A stretch of 64,000 nucleotides of DNA from Octopus sinensis (lineage: Eukaryota), in the NCBI RefSeq assembly GCF_006345805.1, contig NC_043005.1:13578001-13642000 (forward strand), in the 5' to 3' direction. The notes below the pieces were generated by a model, which was given only the letters and a program-made list of their open reading frames with translations, was not told the DNA's origin and did no database searches. The position numbers and the translations under genes were made by a program. Of the stretch, positions 59,516 to 64,000 are shown piece by piece. The stretch's first letter is position 1, and the number at the start of each line of letters is the position of its first letter.

Positions 59516-59675
59516 TATGCATACATTAATTGAATCTCAGAAAAACTGTTACTCACAAGCCTGGATATGTTTTTAGCCAAGTCATGGTATTCTTTTGATC
59601 TCGTATTTACGAGGTCCTTAGAAAAGTCTTTACTGACTGTAATTGTCAGGTTAAATAGAAATGAATGCGTCCAAC
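8915..59675 (-). CDS. Adhesion GPCR gene (ADGRG-like, SEA-HormR-GAIN/GPS-7TM), 17 coding exons in window, 5' end outside window
   Basis: Manual exon chaining: all 17 exons have AG acceptors and the 16 internal junctions have GT donors with compatible phases; 2447 nt total, no internal stop. Diagnostic motifs: CVYW...WSTKGC...[13 protein letters not shown] (GPS), WMAVEA.HIY (TM3), LLGLSW (TM6), [14 protein letters not shown] (TM7). Confidence 0.95.
9129..9431 (-). mobile_element. Non-autonomous Helitron/Helentron-like element (family F)
   Basis: 5' ctagcagtatcgcccggcgttgctcgg, 3' ttttatatataaagat. Confidence 0.7.
9672..10071 (-). mobile_element. SINE family A
   Basis: Same consensus. Confidence 0.9.
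10583..10978 (-). mobile_element. SINE family A (diverged)
   Basis: Same consensus. Confidence 0.85.
11028..11757 (+). mobile_element. SINE family A split by a CR1 insertion
   Basis: Head 11028..11176, tail 11535..11757. Confidence 0.85.
11177..11525 (-). mobile_element. CR1-type LINE 3' end with (CTAA)n tail
   Basis: LRGHSKKL…[17 protein letters not shown]…FKASLD, typical CR1 ORF2 terminus. Confidence 0.85.
11842..11889 (-). CDS. aGPCR exon 16: 48-nt C-tail exon ([15 protein letters not shown])
   Basis: cctcgttag / gtaagt, phase 1-1, open in the required frame. Confidence 0.7.
12435..12826 (-). CDS. aGPCR exon 15: ECL2 CW, TM5-TM7 and proximal C-tail
   Basis: CWLS…FNLTIF…LLGLSW…[15 protein letters not shown]; tttctttctag / gtaagt, phase 2 to 1. 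Confidence 0.97.
12978..13410 (-). mobile_element. RTE-tailed short element (family E) with (GAT)n tail and internal 60-bp tandem repeats
   Basis: ggaagggcatccagc motif typical of RTE 3' ends; (GAT)n tail. Confidence 0.8.
13686..13918 (-). mobile_element. SINE family B
   Basis: Same consensus. Confidence 0.88.
14281..14688 (+). mobile_element. SINE family B with tandem duplication of its 3' two-thirds
   Basis: Body repeated from about 14508. Confidence 0.88.
14736..15974 (-). mobile_element. Decayed mariner transposon
   Basis: [37 protein letters not shown]…[10 protein letters not shown]; degenerate TIRs. Confidence 0.85.
16090..16162 (-). CDS. aGPCR exon 14: TM4-ECL2 ([24 protein letters not shown])
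   Basis: WG.P.IIV TM4 continuation; attag / gtaagt, phase 1 to 2. Confidence 0.93.
16232..16752 (+). mobile_element. Same (AAT)n-flanked module, 5'-truncated
   Basis: Aligns by eye with about 1290..1795; (AAT)n on both sides. Confidence 0.75.
16785..16992 (-). mobile_element. SINE family B
   Basis: Same consensus. Confidence 0.85.
17546..18059 (+). mobile_element. Family F element, long variant
   Basis: Same termini. Confidence 0.75.
18566..18792 (-). mobile_element. SINE family B
   Basis: Same consensus. Confidence 0.88.
19239..19507. mobile_element. hAT (Charlie-like) MITE; a related partial at about 19588..19712
   Basis: TIR cagtgattccca / tgggaatcactg; second piece bounded by ctttagat direct repeats. 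Confidence 0.6.
20228..20345 (-). repeat. Short dispersed repeat (family G) starting with TCACGTGATCACGTGA; other copies 37560..37680 (-) and 42278..42400 (+)
   Basis: Three homologous copies of about 120 bp in the window. Confidence 0.75.
20600..20744 (-). CDS. aGPCR exon 13: TM3-ICL2-start of TM4 ([32 protein letters not shown]…IAWG)
   Basis: LHYF…WM.VE..H.Y TM3 motif; ttgtag / gtacgt, phase 0 to 1. Confidence 0.95.
20911..21360 (+). mobile_element. R4/Dong-like LINE 3' end (RLE C-terminus and 3' UTR) inside an (AAT)n array
   Basis: [39 protein letters not shown]; (AAT)n 20748..20912 and 21360..21545. Confidence 0.8.
21665..22543 (-). mobile_element. Decayed mariner transposon
   Basis: [13 protein letters not shown]…[23 protein letters not shown]. 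Confidence 0.85.
22925..23180 (-). mobile_element. Family E copy (diverged)
   Basis: Same consensus. Confidence 0.75.
23245..23368 (-). CDS. aGPCR exon 12: ICL1-TM2-ECL1 ([18 protein letters not shown]…IACK)
   Basis: ILINLC.AL TM2 motif; tttttcag / gtgagt, phase 2 to 0. Confidence 0.95.
23562..23712 (+). mobile_element. SINE family A, head only
   Basis: Truncated at the internal (TA)n. Confidence 0.8.
23944..24013 (-). ncRNA. Degenerate/minimal hammerhead-like motif in a Penelope-like remnant
   Basis: ATTAC-CTGAAGA-stem II-GAAA-CGA-TC/GTAAT; stem I 5 bp, stem II mismatched, stem III minimal. Confidence 0.4.
24005..25632 (-). mobile_element. Decayed, internally deleted Ty3/Gypsy element: candidate 5' LTR 25450..25632, gag start, RT and RNase H remnants
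   Basis: DYSDWAA…[38 protein letters not shown]; TG…CA segment followed by tggcgatgagg-like PBS. Confidence 0.8.
26113..26231 (-). CDS. aGPCR exon 11: stalk and TM1 ([39 protein letters not shown])
   Basis: ISxIGCGIS TM1 motif; attgcag / gtaagc, phase 0 to 2. Confidence 0.95.
26405..26600 (+). mobile_element. SINE family A, head only
   Basis: Truncated at the internal (TA)n. Confidence 0.85.
27095..27345 (-). mobile_element. RTE-clade LINE 3' fragment
   Basis: [35 protein letters not shown]…AQDRTDWR. Confidence 0.85.
27734..27883 (-). CDS. aGPCR exon 10: GPS ([19 protein letters not shown]…[13 protein letters not shown])
   Basis: Complete GPS consensus with HL/T site; ttttcag / gttagt, 150 nt. 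Confidence 0.97.
28195..29122 (+). mobile_element. Decayed mariner transposon with TIRs and TA target duplication
   Basis: TA-tgaggtgatataaaaagttc … gaaccttttgataccacctca-TA; [15 protein letters not shown]. Confidence 0.85.
29480..30050 (+). mobile_element. Highly decayed R4/Dong-like LINE fragment
   Basis: [24 protein letters not shown] resembles the CCHC knuckle preceding the RLE domain. Confidence 0.4.
30126..30266 (-). CDS. aGPCR exon 9: GAIN B (…[31 protein letters not shown])
   Basis: ctttttatag / gtaata, 141 nt, phase 0-0; NS.II.A…I.NL..PI...F motif. Confidence 0.92.
31797..31860. repeat. 16-bp tandem repeat (AAAGCTTAATGAGATG) x4
   Basis: Direct reading. Confidence 0.9.
32348..32580 (-). 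mobile_element. SINE family B
   Basis: Same consensus. Confidence 0.88.
33081..33545 (+). mobile_element. SINE family A, full
   Basis: Same consensus. Confidence 0.9.
33846..34075 (+). mobile_element. SINE family B (older copy follows at about 34297..34492)
   Basis: Same consensus. Confidence 0.85.
34505..34840 (-). mobile_element. Family E copy
   Basis: Same consensus. Confidence 0.8.
35564..35716 (-). CDS. aGPCR exon 8: GAIN B (…[13 protein letters not shown]…[14 protein letters not shown])
   Basis: ctcaccag / gtatgt, 153 nt, phase 0-0; ITLP.SL GAIN motif. Confidence 0.9.
36078..36460 (-). mobile_element. tRNA-derived SINE family C
   Basis: Head gaggcgcaatg(g)cccagtggttagggc; 3' half shared with family D. 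Confidence 0.88.
36646..36845 (-). mobile_element. Family E copy, 5'-truncated
   Basis: Same consensus. Confidence 0.8.
36890..37277 (-). mobile_element. SINE family A
   Basis: Same consensus. Confidence 0.85.
37280..37560. repeat. Long (AT)n-rich microsatellite; similar arrays at about 61320..61570, 61785..61930 and 63290..63550
   Basis: Direct reading. Confidence 0.95.
37938..38340 (+). mobile_element. SINE family A, full
   Basis: Same consensus. Confidence 0.9.
38635..38868 (-). mobile_element. SINE family B
   Basis: Same consensus. Confidence 0.88.
39109..40417. repeat. Fold-back element with about 290-bp diverged inverted arms enclosing a SINE
   Basis: 39109..39400 is the reverse complement of about 40145..40417. 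Confidence 0.8.
39480..39765 (-). mobile_element. SINE, family C-related variant with a different 3' end
   Basis: tRNA-like head ggcagatggcctagtggttagagc…ggttcgaatctc. Confidence 0.7.
41590..41950 (+). mobile_element. Probable RTE 5' UTR fragment
   Basis: gggcatccttctaggaaaaggtaactc resembles the RTE 5' UTR motif. Confidence 0.4.
42405..42586 (-). mobile_element. SINE family C, 5' half
   Basis: Same head and body. Confidence 0.8.
42694..42865 (-). CDS. aGPCR exon 7: GAIN A/B junction ([14 protein letters not shown]…QKTNT)
   Basis: ttttcacag / gtacaa, phase 2 to 0; matches supplied ORF 42664..42918. Confidence 0.88.
43079..43472 (-). mobile_element. SINE family A
   Basis: Same consensus. 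Confidence 0.9.
43749..43972 (-). mobile_element. SINE family B
   Basis: Same consensus. Confidence 0.88.
43985..44290 (+). mobile_element. SINE with family D-like head and a different 3' part (related partial at about 43485..43690)
   Basis: ggctcagtggtt head, caagacactttatttcacattgctccag core. Confidence 0.6.
44550..45080. repeat. Compound (CTA/CTG/CAA)n microsatellite, about 530 bp
   Basis: Direct reading. Confidence 0.97.
45093..45324 (-). CDS. aGPCR exon 6: GAIN subdomain A helices
   Basis: poly-T gcag acceptor, gtaata donor, open frame [10 protein letters not shown]…[27 protein letters not shown], phase 1 to 2. Confidence 0.9.
45705..46142 (-). mobile_element. Tandemly duplicated SINE family A head (45705..45862 and 46000..46142) separated by (TA)n
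   Basis: Both copies share diagnostic substitutions (gccgcatgcccaagattccac). Confidence 0.85.
46229..46540. repeat. Imperfect palindrome, about 120-bp arms with an inner hairpin
   Basis: 46229..46350 mirrors 46422..46540. Confidence 0.85.
46574..46885 (-). mobile_element. Family E copy
   Basis: Same consensus. Confidence 0.8.
47138..48050 (+). mobile_element. Two head-to-tail family F elements (47138..47540, 47541..48050)
   Basis: Second ctagcagtatcgccc follows directly after the first 3' end. Confidence 0.8.
48120..48510 (+). mobile_element. SINE family A (diverged)
   Basis: Same consensus. Confidence 0.8.
48735..49127 (-). mobile_element. SINE family C
   Basis: Same consensus. Confidence 0.88.
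49172..49332 (-). CDS. aGPCR exon 5: HormR C-part (…[31 protein letters not shown])
   Basis: WGEPDLSLC motif; ttttccag / gtaagt, phase 2 to 1. Confidence 0.92.
49400..50250 (-). mobile_element. Penelope-like element RT/thumb remnant
   Basis: MGSSDS.QI.DV.G…GLYRDD.L…NFLD.TLD…PYRKP…YVS*SSNHP. Confidence 0.75.
51391..51511 (-). CDS. aGPCR exon 4: HormR N-part ([40 protein letters not shown])
   Basis: C...G.F.WP.T..G.....PC....ATRRC hormone-receptor-domain pattern; ttttccag / gtttgt, phase 1 to 2. Confidence 0.92.
51804..52158 (-). mobile_element. SINE family C
   Basis: Same consensus, short head deletion. Confidence 0.85.
52290..52608 (-). mobile_element. SINE family D
   Basis: Reverse complement of the 425..749 consensus. 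Confidence 0.85.
53430..53587 (-). CDS. aGPCR exon 3: SEA C-part ([52 protein letters not shown])
   Basis: gtaagc donor; acceptor ttctctcctcaaaaag gives the phase 2 required by exon 2; overlaps supplied ORF 53323..53577. Confidence 0.8.
54005..54440 (-). mobile_element. Family E copy (longer, diverged)
   Basis: Same 3' consensus. Confidence 0.7.
54541..54599 (-). CDS. aGPCR exon 2: SEA middle ([20 protein letters not shown])
   Basis: ttttatttacag acceptor, gtaaat donor, phase 0 to 2, fits both neighbours. Confidence 0.85.
54795..55097 (+). mobile_element. Family E copy
   Basis: Same consensus, (GAT)n tail at 55074..55097. Confidence 0.8.
55100..55990 (-). mobile_element. Decayed LINE AP-endonuclease region
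   Basis: ILVYASQ…DWFY…CDLNG with multiple stops. Confidence 0.6.
56749..57520 (-). mobile_element. Decayed, internally deleted R4/Dong-like LINE (RT and downstream region)
   Basis: [21 protein letters not shown]…[11 protein letters not shown] and WQEKPLHG motifs. Confidence 0.7.
57530..58210. repeat. CA-rich low-complexity region with an internal tandem duplication of about 190 bp
   Basis: cataacatccccacca block at about 57740 and 57941. Confidence 0.8.
58306..58703 (-). mobile_element. SINE family A
   Basis: Same consensus. Confidence 0.9.
59107..59166 (-). ncRNA. Type I hammerhead ribozyme (left arm, exact mirror copy, sense to the aGPCR pre-mRNA)
   Basis: Exact reverse complement of 59277..59336. 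Confidence 0.72.
59277..59336 (+). ncRNA. Type I hammerhead ribozyme (right arm of palindrome)
   Basis: TTATCA-CTGACGA-stem II-GAAA-TCGGTCCGA-TA/TGGTAA: core CUGANGA and GAAA intact, stems I, II and III can pair. Confidence 0.72.
59557..59675 (-). CDS. aGPCR exon 1 in window: SEA domain N-part ([39 protein letters not shown])
   Basis: ctctgtgggcag acceptor, gtgagt donor, phase 1 to 0; SEA-like F.L.I...FS.DL.N..S.EY..LA pattern. Confidence 0.88.
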
Positions 59676-59808
59676 CTGCCCACAGAGAAAGTAAAAAAGA
59701 GTAAAGTCATGGTGATAATTGCAATAGACATAGAGCAAAACAATACATAAGGGACAATAATGAAATAAACATCATTACAGCATACATGTATACATATTTA
59801 TTATGTAA

Positions 59809-59850
<42 letters not shown>

Positions 59851-59859
59851 TATATATAA

Positions 59860-59891
<32 letters not shown>

Positions 59892-60276
59892 TATAACATG
59901 CAAGTGATTTCTCTACTACTATAATCATTTCTTAAATATAGCAGCAAAGCACGTGTCGTTTTTCTACTTATTATATACATTATATTATTTTTGTAATTTA
60001 CTTAATCTTTACTTTTTAATTGTGATTTTAATTTTAATTTTTCTATTATATGTAATTTTCTAGATGGTGTAATTTAATAATTTAATTATTCATTTTCAAT
60101 TGATAAAAGGTGTTTGTTTTTCTAATATTTTATATATATATATATATTATATTGTGTGGAATTTGATTTAGTATTTCTAAATTGAATTCTTTTTCCTTAA
60201 AAGTTTGGATTTTATTCCATCAAATAATAATTATTATATATATATATAAATACATAAAATACATATTCCTTATTAT

Positions 60277-60575
60277 CATCATCATCGTTTAACGCCCGCT
60301 TTCCATGCTAGCATGGGTTGAACGATTTGACGGAGGTCTGGCGAACCCGATGGCTCCACCAGACTCCAATCTAATCTGGCAGAGTTTCTACAGCTGGATG
60401 CCCTTCCTAACGCCAACCACTCCAAGAATGTAGTGGGTGTTTTTATGTGCCACCGGCATGGGGGCAATCTTGTTCCTCTGGCACGATCATGCTCGTATGG
60501 TACTCTTAGCGCTCCACTAGCACAGATGCCAGTCATTGAATTTGATTTCGATTTCGATTTCATTTGCCTCAACAG
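60277..60575 (-). mobile_element. Family E copy
   Basis: Same consensus. Confidence 0.75.
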
Positions 60576-60584
60576 GTCTTATAT

Positions 60585-60617
<33 letters not shown>

Positions 60618-60618
60618 T

Positions 60619-60825
60619 ATATAGAGGGCATTATTACACATAAATGCCTCACACTAAGAGGCACATAAGTCATTACTACCAAAAATTTCACTAATCATAC
60701 CCAATGCAGTTTTTAAATGTCTTGCTTTGAAAAACTGCATTGGGTATGATTAGTGAAATTTTTGGTAGTAATGACTTATGTCCCTCTTAGTGTGAGGCAT
60801 TTATGTGTAATAATGCCCTCTATAT
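60619..60825. repeat. Near-perfect palindrome, about 95-bp arms
   Basis: One arm mismatch seen; short loop. Confidence 0.9.
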
Positions 60826-61010
60826 AATATAAATTAATATGTTCAAAAGAAAAAAATTATTTTCGAATTTTTTCTCTTATGAGGTTTTTCACGCTAACTA
60901 CCTGATAATTTCTTGTTAAGATTCCTTATTAAGAAGTTATCCTTAATTGTTAAATTATATATATATATATATATATATAAAGGGGTTTGTATGATTGTGT
61001 ATAGAGGGAT

Positions 61011-61130
61011 ATATATTATTCAAAGAAATTCCAACTCTGTTTTTTATGTTATATTTATATTCTACATTAATATTATAAAGAATATAAATATAACATAGAA
61101 ACAGAGTTGGAATTTCTTTGAATAATATAT
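61011..61130. repeat. Palindrome, about 50-bp arms
   Basis: attcaaagaaattccaactctgttt and its inverse. Confidence 0.85.
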
Positions 61131-61168
61131 ATATATATATATAGATTATTCAAAGAAATTCCAACTCT

Positions 61169-61320
61169 GTTGGCGTTAGGAAGGGCATCCAGCCGTAGAA
61201 ACACTGCCAGATTTGACTGGGCCTGATGAAGCCTTCTGGCTTCACAGACCCCAGTAGAACCGTCCAACCCATGCTAGCATGGAAAACGGACGCTAAACGA
61301 TGATGATGATGATGATGATG
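61169..61320 (+). mobile_element. Family E copy, 5'-truncated
   Basis: Same consensus. Confidence 0.8.
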
Positions 61321-61469
61321 ATATATATATATAATTACATTTGTATATATTTATATATATATATATTTATACTTATATTTATATTTATATATATATATAG
61401 ATATACATATATATATATTTATAGGTATATATATATATATATATATGTATGTAAATATATATTTATAAG

Positions 61470-61571
<102 letters not shown>

Positions 61572-61782
61572 ATGAGATAGGGGTTGAAAATTTAACCCAC
61601 CATGGGATACATATATCCAATATACTGCTAGAGAGGTACCCAACAAGACTAATACATAAATGTTAAAAATTATTTTGTATAATGCCTTTACTGTTATGTA
61701 ATGGTGTAATAAAGTATTGATTGGGTATCATCTGTTGGTTGATGTTTGATTGATTTAAGTATGTTTCTCCATTTTCTAATTT

Positions 61783-61834
<52 letters not shown>

Positions 61835-61855
61835 TAATATATATATATATATATA

Positions 61856-61900
<45 letters not shown>

Positions 61901-62355
61901 TATATATATATAAATGTATACATATATGTATATATGTATGTGTGTGCATAGAAGAGTTTTAATGGAGACAAAGGTCCAATAAATAGTATAACTATTTTTT
62001 CGCTCGTATATGAGGTAAAGATTAATAAAATTTAGTATACGATAAAAATTTCAAGGAATTATCTTAAACATTCAGATGAGCAAATTCACAATTCAGATAT
62101 GTGATCAGAGGCATTATTCCAAACAAATACCCATATAATTATATTGACAGTTAGATACTCAGAGTATAGAAATATAAAAATGCAACTGTAAAAGATATAA
62201 ATTATACACATAAAAATATGAAAAGTATATAAAATAAAAGCATAAAAAATAAGAAATAAACATATAAAAATTATGAAAATATAATAAGGGATAACATGAA
62301 AGTAGAAAGTATATTAAAGCATGCAATTAAAAAGAATCAGTCCAAACATATATAA

Positions 62356-62402
<47 letters not shown>

Positions 62403-62451
62403 TGTATGTATGTATGTATGTATGCATGCATGCATGTATGTATGTGTGTAT

Positions 62452-62648
62452 ACGTTTGTGTGTCTGTGTTTGTCCTCCCGACATCGCTTGACAACCGATG
62501 CTGGTGTGTTACGTCCCTGTAACTTAGCGGCAAAGGAGACCGATGGAATATGTAGTAGGCTTACAAAGAATAAGTCCTGGGGTCGATTTGCTCGACTAAA
62601 GGCGGTGCTCCAGCATGGCTACAGTCAAATGACTTAAACAGGTAAAAA
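62452..62648 (+). mobile_element. SINE family A, 3' half
   Basis: Same consensus tail. Confidence 0.8.
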
Positions 62649-62717
62649 CACACACGCACACACACACACCACACACACACACACACACGCACACACACAC
62701 ACACACACACACATATA

Positions 62718-63273
62718 TTGGGTTGTCCGGAAAGTTCGTGCCGGTTTTTAAAGGAAAGAAAAAGGTCAATAAATACTTGCCACTACATTTTTAATCAACC
62801 AAATATGAACCATTTTGTTGCACAATGCATCTCCATCTTTCCTTTAACTTGAAAATACCCTCTTGAGGTGAATTGAGGTGGTTTCATGGCAAAAAATTCA
62901 TCTTTTTACGTCATCGAAGGAATTGAAATTTTTACCATTAAGACTATTCTGCAGAGACCTGAATAAGTGGAAATCCGAAGGAGCAATATCTGGTGAACAT
63001 GGAGGGTGAGGTAACACATCCCAGCCGAGCTGCAGCAATTTTTGTCTGGTTCCCAAAGCATCAAGTGCCGTAAATGAACTTTCTTATCTTCTGTTTTAAA
63101 GGGTTACAGAATTAACACAAGTTATAGGAATATAAACCTTCTACGAAGAGATAGCTTAAACTGTGCTCTAAATGGAGGTGTAGTCAAATCCAATTTTATG
63201 AACTGAACTATGTTATAAAATAAGTCGAAATGTAACCTACTATATATCGGCACGAACTTTCCGGACAACCCAA
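62718..63273. mobile_element. Non-autonomous mariner derivative
   Basis: TIR ttgggttgtccggaaagttcgtgccg and its inverse, TA on both sides. Confidence 0.88.
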
Positions 63274-63319
63274 TAGATAATTATATATGCATATAGATAT
63301 GCATATAAATATACATATA

Positions 63320-63383
<64 letters not shown>

Positions 63384-63392
63384 ATATATATG

Positions 63393-63438
<46 letters not shown>

Positions 63439-63497
63439 CATACATATATATATATGTATATATATATGTACATACACGCACATATATACATATATAT

Positions 63498-63534
<37 letters not shown>

Positions 63535-64000
63535 TATATATATATATATAATTAATAATATCAAAGGGTAATCAGAAATAGAAATTTTCATTACCAGTGG
63601 TCTAGCATGTAAAAATTTAGTCAATAGACTATATATTATTTATATAAACGCAGTTTACATTTAAACACATAAGAGGCATCCATCATAGGACTCTTTGCAT
63701 GCTAGAGAGGACAGTTAAATTCCAAACCACTCTTAGGGACAAAATTTCGAAGGGAATGAAAACTAAAAATATTTACCATCTAAATCCTGGACCAATGGTT
63801 TCAGACTATTTTAGCAAATAAAATAATTTGCTAGGCGAAGTCTTCTTCAGCAGGTACACCTTAGATTAAACATATATACACAAGTCAATCCAAAATATGC
63901 CCCATGCTTATACATTCTAATTTTTCAAATCTACCGTGCAAGCGCAGTTCCTTGTTGGCAGTAAATAATAATGCCAGCTTTCCAATTCGAAAATTATCCA

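Noticed and set aside
63880-64000. Possible further upstream aGPCR exon at the window edge
   Set aside because: No acceptor visible, weak donor and no recognisable domain motif; cannot be supported.

Overview
AT-rich, microsatellite-dense animal genomic DNA. The SINE families and repeat landscape look like octopus (coleoid cephalopod); this is my inference, not a database result. One protein-coding gene spans the window on the minus strand. I traced 17 GT-AG exons (59675 down to the stop at 8915) whose phases all join into one uninterrupted frame of about 815 codons. It encodes an adhesion GPCR with SEA - HormR - GAIN/GPS (HL/TSFALLM) - 7TM architecture and a C-terminal NTRL PDZ-type motif. 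The 5' exons probably lie beyond position 64000. The introns contain tRNA-derived SINEs, RTE-tailed short elements, decayed mariner, hAT, Gypsy, CR1, RTE, CRE, R4/Dong and Penelope-like elements, Helentron-like tandem units and microsatellites. Most notable observations: (1) a near-perfect 412-bp intronic palindrome (59016-59427) carrying two mirror-image, apparently intact type I hammerhead ribozymes; (2) two consecutive 7TM exons whose splice acceptors directly abut (TTA)n arrays invaded by (AAT)n-associated retroelements; (3) a 1-kb minisatellite built from overlapping STAT-like and kB-like motifs. Almost all ORFs in the supplied track are microsatellite or antisense-repeat artefacts. Repeat boundaries are approximate and were read by eye.
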